IMG/VR virus record: IMGVR_UViG_2571042862_000001
Direction: 5' to 3' (one strand)
Length of the DNA stretch: 63,762 nt
Origin: a virus
Lineage: Duplodnaviria > Heunggongvirae > Uroviricota > Caudoviricetes
A program made the translations under genes and the position numbers. Below the pieces are notes generated by a model. The model was not told the DNA's origin, made no database searches, and saw only the letters and a program-made list of their open reading frames with translations. This document shows positions 11,111 to 20,257 of this stretch, piece by piece. The stretch's first letter is position 1; each line of letters starts with the position of its first letter.

Positions 11111-11242
11111 TTAATAGTCATTGATCGCAAAGGCGTAAACTTGCCAAAGGTATTTCGTATAATCGGTACAAATCTCCTTTACGCTTGATGCTGCATTAAC
11201 AGTCCCAGCCATAAATAATAACGATAGTAATAGTTTTCTCAT
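11111..11242 (-). CDS. small secreted peptide (43 aa)
   Basis: Not in ORF track (under 60 aa); ATG preceded by aggtgagg RBS; MRKLLLSLLFMAGTVNAAS signal-like N-terminus. Confidence 0.35.
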   Translation of the reverse strand: MRKLLLSLLFMAGTVNAASSVKEICTDYTKYLWQVYAFAINDY

Positions 11243-11338
11243 TATAACCTCACCTGCCTTATAACCCATTTAGGGTACATATTTTCGCCTTTAAAAAAAA
11301 GAGGTTATTAGATCCAACTGTGTATTTATTAAGCAGAT

Positions 11339-11355
11339 AATGCTCTAATAAATTT
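11339..11355 (+). promoter_or_regulatory. C1 repressor operator (immI promoter)
   Basis: AATGCTCTAATAAATTT, 16/17 match to ATTGCTCTAATAAATTT. Confidence 0.7.
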
Positions 11356-11519
11356 GTATTTTTAAGTCACGAATGCTATCTTTTCGCATCATATTGACCT
11401 TTTAATCGTTCAGGCTTATAGTTCCGCCGTCGTAGCAAATTCTGCGACCGGGTTTAGCAGCCTGAATGATTGTGCGGACAGCCGCAGATATCCGATATTG
11501 CGGTATTTTTGTGTCCGTA

Positions 11520-11640
11520 AAACCGCGTTACGCCCAAATTATGGTGGGACGTGATGGGGAGGCTTCGGCCTGCTGGTTTCACAATCGCCAGTCTGCTAAC
11601 CCCGTCACGTCCTGCCACCTGTTTAGCAGCGGGTAGCAGG
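11520..11640 (+). ncRNA. c4: c4 antisense repressor RNA region (approximate bounds)
   Basis: Non-coding leader between operator and icd with mutually complementary short elements (ggacgtgatgggg vs ccccgtcacgtcc); position as in P1 immI. Confidence 0.35.
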
Positions 11641-11669
11641 TTGTTAAACCTGATTGTGAGGCCGTAACT

Positions 11670-11891
11670 ATGGTTAATGCCAATCCTTGCGCACGCCCAG
11701 AATTCATCTGGCGTTTCTATTCCTGTAAAAAACACCACTATCACTTCGTTATCGCAGCAACTGAAGACGAAGCACGCTCTCAATTGCCTGATGGCCCCTG
11801 CATTTTTACTGCCCGTTTTTCAACTAACTCGCGCAATTCACTTAGTTACTGGAGCCTCCCCTTCTCTGCCGACGTTCAGGGGGGTTTATGA
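11670..11891 (+). CDS. icd: Icd cell-division inhibitor
   Basis: 73-aa ORF directly upstream of ant, overlapping it by ATGA. Confidence 0.7.
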   Translation: MVNANPCARPEFIWRFYSCKKHHYHFVIAATEDEARSQLPDGPCIFTARFSTNSRNSLSYWSLPFSADVQGGL

Positions 11892-12931
11892 AAAAACCTC
11901 TCGTCACCCGTAATGACATAGCCGAAGCGATCGCCCTGCATACTGCCTGTATACCGACACGGGAGATCCCCGGCGCAATTGCCAACTATTTCATGATAAC
12001 CAGGCGTTTTTATACCCGAACAGATAAGGCTGTGATCAACAGGCTACTGATAGCCGAGATCAGGGATTATTTGATTGAACAAGGACGTCTACGTTACGCA
12101 ACGGTGGCAGCAGAAATGAGAAAGGAGGCACATAGAATGACCAGTAATAATTTGAATGTTAAAAAACCAGCACCTGTTGCTTCAGCAACGCCAGCACCAG
12201 CCGTGAATGTCATCCCCACCACCGGAGACACAATCGACAGCCTGACACTGTTAAAGATGGTCAATGAAGCGCGTAAGTTATGTGGGGAACCAGAGGTTCG
12301 GAACAACAAATTCATCGAAAAAATACTCGACGAATTAGAAGGTGAGGACGGTTACACAAAAAGTGCAACCGTGCCGCCAGGTGGCGGTACGCCTATGGTT
12401 GTCATAACCATGACCTACAAACAAGCCCTGCGAGTCGCCGCGCGCGAATCGAAAGCGGTCCGCCGTTCGCTGATCGACAAACTGGAAGAATTGCAGCAGG
12501 CAAACTCCCCTACCCCATCGATCCCCCAAACATTACCAGAAGCCCTACGCCTGGCTGCCGAGTTGGCAGAACAGAAATTGCAGCTGGAACAACAGCTGGT
12601 GGCCGCAGCCCCTAAAGTCGATTTTGCCGACCGGGTATCAGTGGCTAATGGAATCCTGATCGGGAACTTTGCAAAGGTCGTTGGACTTAAGCAAAACGCC
12701 CTTTTCTCATGGTTGCGCCAGAACGGCATTCTCATGGCTTTTGGTGCGCGCAAAAACGTACCGCGCCAGCAGTACATTAACGCCGGGTATTTCACGGTGA
12801 AAGAAGTGGTGCTGGATGATGAAAATGGCTACCAGATACGGCTGACGCCCCAATTAACGGGTAAAGGCCAGCAGTGGTTAACTCGCAAGCTACTTGATGC
12901 TGGTTTGTTAAAACCAGTAGCAATAGGTTAA
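11888..12931 (+). CDS. ant: antirepressor Ant
   Basis: 347 aa; C-terminal Ant/KilAC-type domain shared with kilA product (LPEALRLAAELAEQK...GKGQQWL). Confidence 0.8.
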   Translation: MKKPLVTRNDIAEAIALHTACIPTREIPGAIANYFMITRRFYTRTDKAVINRLLIAEIRDYLIEQGRLRYATVAAEMRKEAHRMTSNNLNVKKPAPVASATPAPAVNVIPTTGDTIDSLTLLKMVNEARKLCGEPEVRNNKFIEKILDELEGEDGYTKSATVPPGGGTPMVVITMTYKQALRVAARESKAVRRSLIDKLEELQQANSPTPSIPQTLPEALRLAAELAEQKLQLEQQLVAAAPKVDFADRVSVANGILIGNFAKVVGLKQNALFSWLRQNGILMAFGARKNVPRQQYINAGYFTVKEVVLDDENGYQIRLTPQLTGKGQQWLTRKLLDAGLLKPVAIG

Positions 12932-12942
12932 CAAAAGAAAAA

Positions 12943-12968
12943 ACCTGCCAGCAAACTGGCAGGTTTCT
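12943..12968 (+). terminator. rho-independent terminator after ant
   Basis: cctgccag-caaa-ctggcagg followed by tttct. Confidence 0.6.
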
Positions 12969-13008
12969 GAGCAGATCGACCAACCCGATCTGGATCGAGT
13001 CAGAAAAA

Positions 13009-13025
13009 TTTGCTCTAATAAATTT
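13009..13025 (+). promoter_or_regulatory. C1 operator upstream of kilA-repL
   Basis: TTTGCTCTAATAAATTT. Confidence 0.6.
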
Positions 13026-13094
13026 CGTTTTCTAAGTGCAAAGAATCACCATTTCGAGCTGGTGATTGAAGGTTGATGCAAATTTGGAGAAAAA

Positions 13095-13895
13095 ATGCAA
13101 CAAACATTCAATGCGGATATGAATATATCAAACCTTCATCAAAATGTCGATCCTTCAACCACTCTGCCCGTTATTTGTGGTGTTGAAATTACGACCGACC
13201 GCGCTGGCCGTTACAACCTTAATGCTCTACACAGAGCGAGCGGACTCGGTGCCCATAAAGCGCCAGCTCAATGGCTAAGAACGCTGTCAGCTAAACAGCT
13301 CATCGAAGAGCTTGAAAAAGAAACTATGCAGAATTGCATAGTTTCGTTCGAAGGCCGTGGCGGCGGCACTTTTGCCCATGAATTGCTCGCAGTGGAGTAC
13401 GCTGGTTGGATTTCTCCCGCGTTTCGGCTGAAGGTAAACCAGACATTTATCGACTATCGAGCTGGAAGATTACAACCTGCTATTCCGAAGAGCCTCCCAG
13501 AAGCTCTCCGTTTGGCTGCCGACCTGGCAGAGCAAAAGCAACGGCTGGAGCAAAAAATGCTGATGGATGCACCTAAAGTCGAATTCGCCGAACGCGTTGC
13601 TACCGCCAGCGGGGTTCTAATCGGCAACTATGCCAAAGTGCTCGGCCTGGGCCAAAACTATCTCTTCACCTGGCTGCGTGATAACGGAATTCTGATCGCA
13701 ACCGGTGAACGCAGGAACGTCCCCAAACAAGAATACATATCCCGTGGGTATTTCACCCTTAAAGAAACCGTGATCGATACAAGCAATGGAAGCAGGATTT
13801 CTTTCACGACTCGTATAACCGGCAAAGGTCAGCAGTGGCTGATGAAGCGATTGCTTGATGCTGGTGTGCTGGTACCTGTCGCGGCAACGCGCTAA
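13095..13895 (+). CDS. kilA: KilA (KilA-N domain plus Ant-like C-terminal domain)
   Basis: 266 aa; N-terminal KilA-N-like region; C-terminus paralogous to Ant. Confidence 0.8.
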   Translation: MQQTFNADMNISNLHQNVDPSTTLPVICGVEITTDRAGRYNLNALHRASGLGAHKAPAQWLRTLSAKQLIEELEKETMQNCIVSFEGRGGGTFAHELLAVEYAGWISPAFRLKVNQTFIDYRAGRLQPAIPKSLPEALRLAADLAEQKQRLEQKMLMDAPKVEFAERVATASGVLIGNYAKVLGLGQNYLFTWLRDNGILIATGERRNVPKQEYISRGYFTLKETVIDTSNGSRISFTTRITGKGQQWLMKRLLDAGVLVPVAATR

Positions 13896-13924
13896 CAGAC
13901 GTAGTAAGAACCACCAGCATTGTA

Positions 13925-14767
13925 ATGCTGGCTAAAGTCACTTTCCTGAGCTGTATAACGATGAGCGATTTTACTTTTTCTGGCTATGAATTGGCCTGCT
14001 TTGTAACACACTCCGGTCTATCCCGTAGCGCCGGGCATATCCTGTCGCAATGTGCAAATCTCGCGGCAACAACCAGTGAATACTTCATTCACAAGCCTCA
14101 CCGCCTGATCGCGGCAGAAACTGGTTATAGCCAATCAACCGTCGTTCGTGCATTCCGTGAAGCTGTAAACAAAGGAATCCTGTCTGTAGAGATTGTTATC
14201 GGCGATCACCGTGAACGTCGCGCTAACCTGTACCGGTTTACACCATCCTTTTTGGCCTTCGCACAACAAGCCAAAAATGCGCTGATTGAAAGCAAATTAA
14301 AGATCTCTTCAGCGGCAACCAAGGTTAAAGCTGTTCTCGCTAAGACATTGGCTTTATTTAATTTTTTATCCACACCCCCATGTCAAAATGATACCCCCTC
14401 CCCCTGTCAGGATGACGTGGCAATAAAGAATAAGAAGTCACAAGTTAAAAAAACAAAAAGATCAGTTTCCGGCGGTGCCGGAACGACCAGACTCAAAAAA
14501 TTGACTTCATGGATCGCTGAGGCAAAAGCAAAGGCTGACAATCTGCGGTTATCCAAAAAACGCGCTCAAAAACATGAGTTCAAGCAGAAAGTAGAGGCGG
14601 CAGCGCGGAAATATGCTTACCTGAAGAACAAGCGTTCTCCTGATATTGGCGGGATATCAAACTTCGATAATCTGCCGCATTGCATGACGGTAAACGAAGC
14701 TCTGGATATGGTCCTATCTACAAGAAAAGAAAAGGAATTTTATATTCCAACTGGTTTTCGCGGATGA
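13925..14767 (+). CDS. repL: RepL lytic replication initiator
   Basis: 280-aa ORF immediately after kilA as in P1 lytic replicon. Confidence 0.7.
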   Translation: MLAKVTFLSCITMSDFTFSGYELACFVTHSGLSRSAGHILSQCANLAATTSEYFIHKPHRLIAAETGYSQSTVVRAFREAVNKGILSVEIVIGDHRERRANLYRFTPSFLAFAQQAKNALIESKLKISSAATKVKAVLAKTLALFNFLSTPPCQNDTPSPCQDDVAIKNKKSQVKKTKRSVSGGAGTTRLKKLTSWIAEAKAKADNLRLSKKRAQKHEFKQKVEAAARKYAYLKNKRSPDIGGISNFDNLPHCMTVNEALDMVLSTRKEKEFYIPTGFRG

Positions 14768-14862
14768 TCGCGAATGATAGAATCTTTACGTGTATTTAAC
14801 GCTCAATACACACTATTTTGTCACCAGTATTATTTTTAACGTTTTTATAGGTAACTTTTTCC

Positions 14863-15378
14863 ATGAAAAAAGTAGTTTTAACGGCCCTTCTGGCATGTGC
14901 CTTGGGGGTTGCTGGGACTGCCTCCGCATATCAGCACACACTCTCCTTAGACTTTGCCCAAGGAAGCGCAACGGTTAAAGGCGGAGATATAAAAGATCCA
15001 AAAGGCGTGAATATTAAATATCGCTACGAAATGGATTCTACGTGGGGTGGATTAGCTTCGGTCACTTACGAAAAGTCAAACACAAACCTATGGAATGCCG
15101 CCAAAGCCAAGGTTGAGTATGCCTCATTTACTTTTGGTCCGTCATACAGATTCAATGAATTAATGAGTGCATACGGCTTGGTGGGTTTAAGCCATGCGGA
15201 TGCAACAGCAAAACTGAATGGACAGTCATATGCTGGCTTTGGAACCGATTTTGCTTATGGACTTGGGCTTCAATTTAACCCATCTCCGCAGTTTGCAGTT
15301 GATCTCTCGTATGAACGTTCTAAACCAGGTGATCTAAGCAATAGCATTTGGATGCTTGGTGTCGGTTACCGATTTTAA
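14863..15378 (+). CDS. OmpX/Ail/Lom-family outer membrane beta-barrel protein
   Basis: signal peptide MKKVVLTALLACALGVAGTASA; motifs NIKYRYE, GLGLQFNP and C-terminal GVGYRF as in OmpX/Ail. Confidence 0.85.
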   Translation: MKKVVLTALLACALGVAGTASAYQHTLSLDFAQGSATVKGGDIKDPKGVNIKYRYEMDSTWGGLASVTYEKSNTNLWNAAKAKVEYASFTFGPSYRFNELMSAYGLVGLSHADATAKLNGQSYAGFGTDFAYGLGLQFNPSPQFAVDLSYERSKPGDLSNSIWMLGVGYRF

Positions 15379-15387
15379 CTATTTAGT

Positions 15388-15415
15388 CCCTCTGCCCTAC
15401 GCAGAGGGATTTATA
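15388..15415 (+). terminator. rho-independent terminator
   Basis: tccctctgc-cctac-gcagaggga then T-rich tract. Confidence 0.6.
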
Positions 15416-15425
15416 CTTTGCTCTG

Positions 15426-15689
15426 GTGATATTCGTTATGTTCATTGAGACTAACGCTATGACTATCCTGGTATCTATTCCCATCTATATACTAATTGGT
15501 GGACTGATATACGCATTAAGTCGATATATTTTGCGAGCTAATGCAGAAATGGCCTGGTGGGATCGTTTTTGGATAATGATTTTTTTTGGCATATTCTGGC
15601 CATTAGGGATCATGTTTGTTGCAACATTTCTTCTGATGTGGATATTCACCCTTCCAGGTGATTTCTATAGAAAAAAAACCAGACATTGA
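15426..15689 (+). CDS. small integral membrane protein
   Basis: 87 aa, two hydrophobic segments. Confidence 0.35.
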   Translation: MIFVMFIETNAMTILVSIPIYILIGGLIYALSRYILRANAEMAWWDRFWIMIFFGIFWPLGIMFVATFLLMWIFTLPGDFYRKKTRH

Positions 15690-15876
15690 TACACCCGCTG
15701 CGGTGTGCTTGAGGCTATCAGCTTCAGGTATTACCCGAAAAGCAGATAGAAGAAAGCCCCAGTAAACATTATGCGTCCCGCACAACGCTTAACATTAACC
15801 GGGGCCATACCTATGCTTAGCGTACTTAGATTAATCCTCTCCTCTGTCAAGGAGCAAGGAATTTTTTACTGCACTG

Positions 15877-16509
15877 CTATGCCGCCTTTCCCGTTATAGA
15901 TTCAGCAACCAGAACAACCCCATGCTTACTTCGATCTGGGTGTTCACTCCATATCTCGGATTCAGGAATACTTACCCCGTCATAGCAAACACGTTCGCCG
16001 TCAAACGGGTAATACTGAGCGGCATCGGTGTCGAGGATAAACACTTTTAGCTCGGAAGAGCGACGGGCGATGTGTTGCCAAAGAGCTTTTCCACCTTCGT
16101 ATTGCTCATTATCACTGAGCAAAACAACACCAGCTTTTGAGGCTACGGTTTCGTAAACAAAAGTGGCTAAACCGACATCCCGGACGATTCCATCAACCAC
16201 GATACCTTCAATCTGGGCAACATCGCTATCCTCCCAGAACTTCCTTACCAGTACGCCTTCAAGCTGCGGGCGACGTTGAAGTTCAAGAGTAGCGACAACC
16301 TTATGCCGCATATCACCATCGATAACAGAAGGCGCAGCCTCTATTACAGCTGCAAATGGGGTTTTGGAATCCCATATAACCTGGTAAAGCACACCCTGGA
16401 TGGTAACGCCGTCCAGGATCGAAAATCGACGAGCGACAGTACCCGGGGAGTACGACATTGGAATCACAGCCATTTTAGAGTCCCCCTTTAACAGTACAGG
16501 CACAAACAT
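15877..16509 (-). CDS. virion morphogenesis protein
   Basis: 210-aa ORF, last gene of head/tail operon. Confidence 0.35.
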   Translation of the reverse strand: MFVPVLLKGDSKMAVIPMSYSPGTVARRFSILDGVTIQGVLYQVIWDSKTPFAAVIEAAPSVIDGDMRHKVVATLELQRRPQLEGVLVRKFWEDSDVAQIEGIVVDGIVRDVGLATFVYETVASKAGVVLLSDNEQYEGGKALWQHIARRSSELKVFILDTDAAQYYPFDGERVCYDGVSIPESEIWSEHPDRSKHGVVLVAESITGKAA

Positions 16510-16602
16510 CTACCTCAATACTTGTAGTTTATTAGAACATTAATAATCTAGCATAAAACTCCAGACAATGTTATCGATGCATGTTTATATAAAATAGTTA
16601 TA

Positions 16603-16628
16603 AAAAAAGCTCCCGAAGGAGCTTTAAA
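16603..16628. terminator. bidirectional terminator
   Basis: aaagctcc-cgaa-ggagcttt flanked by A/T runs. Confidence 0.55.
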
Positions 16629-16644
16629 ATACAAGGGATGACTC

Positions 16645-17154
16645 TTAATCCCACTCAATCCAGTTGTAGACGATACGAAGTGACGGACGCACAGCGGCAG
16701 TCACATCTTCGGTACTAAAGTCGATTGCATCACTGTAGATTTTGCAGTCCAACATTTCAATTGTTGTAGCAGCTTTTGTCACAGCGTTAACCCCGGAAGA
16801 TTTGGATTCAGGGGTAGCAGCCATCGTGATATCAACATAGTCCTTCGCCGCAATGCGATCCTTGATGAACTGAAGAATATCGCCTTCGATAGTCTCCACG
16901 CACTGGACCTGGATTTCCCCAGAGTTTCGAATTGGTCCGTGCTGGTTGAACTTCACACCATTCGGACCATAGTCTTCCACATCCTCGCGAGTCATTTCAG
17001 GGATTTGCGACGTGCGAACCAGTACGCTGATATCTTCATGGCCTGCAAAAGTGAGCTGGAATTCAGAAGATACCAGTCGTTCGCCTTTGGCCGCGTTGGC
17101 AGTATAGCGGCCCTTAATAAATTTACGGTTTCCCTTAGTGTTATTGTGCCCCAT
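16645..17154 (-). CDS. virion structural protein (baseplate/tube-like)
   Basis: 169-aa ORF in structural operon. Confidence 0.35.
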   Translation of the reverse strand: MGHNNTKGNRKFIKGRYTANAAKGERLVSSEFQLTFAGHEDISVLVRTSQIPEMTREDVEDYGPNGVKFNQHGPIRNSGEIQVQCVETIEGDILQFIKDRIAAKDYVDITMAATPESKSSGVNAVTKAATTIEMLDCKIYSDAIDFSTEDVTAAVRPSLRIVYNWIEWD

Positions 17155-17165
17155 ATAAAATCCTT

Positions 17166-17747
17166 TTACTGGAACGCCCGAACAATATCGGAGCTGTTAT
17201 ATATCGAAGAACCGGTCAACTGGAGGTTGACGGTGTTTTTCAGGAAATATCCATTACTGTCCCTTGGCGCATCGAGATCAAAACTTAAGTCCTGGATAGC
17301 GACATCGGTGATGTTGATCCGGCGACCAATGTTTAGCGTCACACGCTCCGGGATTCGACCACCAACATTGGCCGCTTTTAGTTCCGGGCTAATCATGGCT
17401 GTCAACGCGGCGATAGCGCCTGAAACTTCAATGAATGGATTGTTCAAAGCAATGAAAGTTACGGGCAGCGTGAACGTCGGCGGTGTCCCCCCTTCCCAAA
17501 CCATTAAGCTATTCCAACGGGCAACCGACGTTGTTTCAGTACCTACTTGCACAAAACCACCCAGAGCACCAGAAACAGACCCCATGGACATACCGGTAAA
17601 CGGCGCTTCCCAATTCTGGGCCATGTTCATTGCTGCCCCCTGGCTGATATATCCGGTAACCTGGTACTGAGAGTTCGTTAAAGTAACTTTCAGATATGGC
17701 GATACACCGTCAGCCTGGCTGTAAACCCCATAAGCTATAGGAGCCAT
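17166..17747 (-). CDS. virion structural protein
   Basis: 193-aa ORF in structural operon. Confidence 0.35.
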   Translation of the reverse strand: MAPIAYGVYSQADGVSPYLKVTLTNSQYQVTGYISQGAAMNMAQNWEAPFTGMSMGSVSGALGGFVQVGTETTSVARWNSLMVWEGGTPPTFTLPVTFIALNNPFIEVSGAIAALTAMISPELKAANVGGRIPERVTLNIGRRINITDVAIQDLSFDLDAPRDSNGYFLKNTVNLQLTGSSIYNSSDIVRAFQ

Positions 17748-17782
17748 TCAAGTTAAAGGCCGGAGTTCTCCGGCCTCCTCCT

Positions 17783-18598
17783 TTAGCCAAGGCGCTTACG
17801 GCGCAGTTTCATTGACTTTTTGCGGGCAAGTTTTGCCGCGCCGGTCTGGGCTTTTCGACGCGCTTTTTTCAGCGCCGATTTTTGAGCCGCAGTCAGACGT
17901 TTTTTACGCAGGCGTTTACGGATGAGTTTGATCTCACCGTTACGAACAACCTTCTTAAATGCTTCAGTCAGCATTTCATCAGAAGTGCCAGCAACAACAA
18001 ACGCCGCTTCCAGTTCGTCGCGGTCGTCGCTATCTAAACCAGCGATAGAGGCACCAACATCAGCAGCAGCGTCGTCGTCCTCATCGTCAGCCAGTGCTTC
18101 GATCAGGTCATCATCTACACCGCATGCTGCGAGGAAGTCAGCAACATTTGCCCATGCTTCGTTATAGGCATCGTCCTGTTCTTCTGTAACTTCGGAGTCG
18201 TCGTCATCAGAGATACCAGCGATAGCCTGAACGAAACCATCAAGGGAGTCGAAAGTCAGATCACCGCTATCAGCCCAGGCGAAAACGGCGTCGGCCGCAT
18301 CACTCAACGCATTCTGCATAGCACTTCGATTTGCAGCTTCCAGAATCATCTGGTGCGCCTGTTCGACGGTCCATTCTTTACCGTCTTTCCCTTCCAGGAT
18401 TTGCTCAGGAGCCTGGGCAGATGGAACGTTATCGTTAGTCTGTGCCGCCGGTTCCGGATTATTATTAATAACCGGATCTGTTGGCGGTTCGGCGCTTGCT
18501 CGGGCAGACTCCATCAGCTGCACAGGATCAGAGTTCAAAGCGAAACGAGACAGTCCATTCCCCAAAAATGCCCCGGATTGAAAAAAGTTTTTGCTCAT
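17783..18598 (-). CDS. virion-associated protein with acidic core and Lys/Arg-rich C-terminus
   Basis: 271 aa; Asp/Glu-rich middle, C-terminal KRLRKKRLTAAQKSALKKARRKAQ; GC-rich hairpin ggccggag-ttct-ccggcc just downstream. Confidence 0.4.
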   Translation of the reverse strand: MSKNFFQSGAFLGNGLSRFALNSDPVQLMESARASAEPPTDPVINNNPEPAAQTNDNVPSAQAPEQILEGKDGKEWTVEQAHQMILEAANRSAMQNALSDAADAVFAWADSGDLTFDSLDGFVQAIAGISDDDDSEVTEEQDDAYNEAWANVADFLAACGVDDDLIEALADDEDDDAAADVGASIAGLDSDDRDELEAAFVVAGTSDEMLTEAFKKVVRNGEIKLIRKRLRKKRLTAAQKSALKKARRKAQTGAAKLARKKSMKLRRKRLG

Positions 18599-18607
18599 TG
18601 TATTCCC

Positions 18608-20197
18608 TTACTTAATAAGCAGCGGTACGCCCTGGATACGACGGGCTACGCCAGTCGGGCAGCAGGCCCAGACTACTTCCCATTTATCGAATTCCGCCTG
18701 CGTAACTTTCAGCACATACGGTTCTGTACCGTCAGCATCAGGATCACGAGGAGCCACCAGAGCGCCGGAGGCGACAAAGCGATCTAAAAGTTTGGTCATC
18801 CCTTTAGTCAGGCCAGCCGCAGTAATACCGTCCGGGCTATGCTTCATCTGTCGGGCTAACTGGACAAAGAAACGGCTGATTGCATTCATCAGGGATGGGA
18901 CGTGCTGGAAGTGCAGATAGTTATCCTGCGTGCAGCAAGTTAAAGCATCGTCGATGATCATCTGGCCAGAGGTGCCAACAGATACTTTATTGAGACGGCC
19001 CTTGACCATTGCTTCTTCGTCCGGGGTATCTTCCGGATACAGCGGTTGAATTGACGCACGAGCAATGACGGCACGTTCTTCACCAGCCGGTGAGTAATGC
19101 CAACCGCCGACATCAGAGTTTTTCTTGACGCCACGAGCTTTCGCCGCATACGCCACGCCAGACAGACCAAAGACCACACGGGATTGGGTCCATTTGTCTT
19201 TGCAGGAGAACGGGTAGTGATAGACAGAACAGCTTACATAATCGGTACCAAGTAAACCGGTATCCTCAACAGCTGGTAGTGCTTCTGCGTACGTTAATGT
19301 CGGTTTGACATCAAAGAAGCCATCAATCAGGCGATCTGCACAGATTTTACCTAATGCGGTGATAGCCGCATTGTCATAGCAGCCCAGGCCAAGAACAGCG
19401 GTGTACATGTACGGCGCATTGTTCAGAACTTTCACCGCACGCAGGTACGTAGCGGTTGAGATTTTCGACTGATCGCCGTTGGTACCGCCAGTGAACGCCA
19501 ACGATTTTTTGTTTGTTACTTTCGCTGTCGAAATCAGCTCTTCATTAACAACCGCGCGCAAATATTTAGAACGGGCTTCCAGAGCCGTAGGCAGATAACA
19601 CAAGCGGCCCATGTCATCTTTCGCTTCTTCCGCCAAAGACACAGTGTGTGTCTCCAGGGTCGTTACCACGCCGAGCGAAGTCGTCTGGGTCAGTTTTAAG
19701 AGGAAGCGTTCATTACCCGCGCTGTCCGCTGTTGCCGTTTCGATGGTTAACTCACGGGTAGGTGAAATACACGGATCACCATCATCAACGTAGATAGCAA
19801 AGGCTTCGCCACTATCAAGTTCAATTTCAGAACCGTATGGCAACGCACTGTAAGCCGGTTCGCCTGATTCATCGAACATAATAATCGGGAACTTCGCATC
19901 ATCCGGAACAGCGCGAACAACGTAACCAGACGTTTGCTGAATAGCTTCGTATACATGGCGAATTGGTTCGAACTGTGAGCCGGAAGACGGCTTCAGCGGT
20001 TCGCCGAGAACATCTTCGTAATTGGACTCAGTAACCGCAAGAACAGTAAACGGCTTGCCACGCGCAAATACGCCAATACCAGCCCACAAGCTGCTATTTA
20101 ATGCAACACCGGTAGATAACGTCGCATCGGCATTGATCGGGCTAACCGCGACGCCGGATGCATTACCTAATGACTGTTGAATTGAATATTGAGACAT
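18608..20197 (-). CDS. probable tail sheath protein (by size and position)
   Basis: 529-aa ORF between putative major head gene and smaller tail genes. Confidence 0.4.
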   Translation of the reverse strand: MSQYSIQQSLGNASGVAVSPINADATLSTGVALNSSLWAGIGVFARGKPFTVLAVTESNYEDVLGEPLKPSSGSQFEPIRHVYEAIQQTSGYVVRAVPDDAKFPIIMFDESGEPAYSALPYGSEIELDSGEAFAIYVDDGDPCISPTRELTIETATADSAGNERFLLKLTQTTSLGVVTTLETHTVSLAEEAKDDMGRLCYLPTALEARSKYLRAVVNEELISTAKVTNKKSLAFTGGTNGDQSKISTATYLRAVKVLNNAPYMYTAVLGLGCYDNAAITALGKICADRLIDGFFDVKPTLTYAEALPAVEDTGLLGTDYVSCSVYHYPFSCKDKWTQSRVVFGLSGVAYAAKARGVKKNSDVGGWHYSPAGEERAVIARASIQPLYPEDTPDEEAMVKGRLNKVSVGTSGQMIIDDALTCCTQDNYLHFQHVPSLMNAISRFFVQLARQMKHSPDGITAAGLTKGMTKLLDRFVASGALVAPRDPDADGTEPYVLKVTQAEFDKWEVVWACCPTGVARRIQGVPLLIK

Positions 20198-20257
20198 AAC
20201 TTTCCCTGTTATGCGCCCCGCACGGGGGCGCTATGTTAAACGGAGAACTTCCCCTGA

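Noticed and set aside
11454-11783. Minus-strand ORF of 109 aa overlapping the c4/icd region
   Set aside because: Antisense to icd and the c4 leader, no RBS; region better explained by the immI regulatory RNA and icd.
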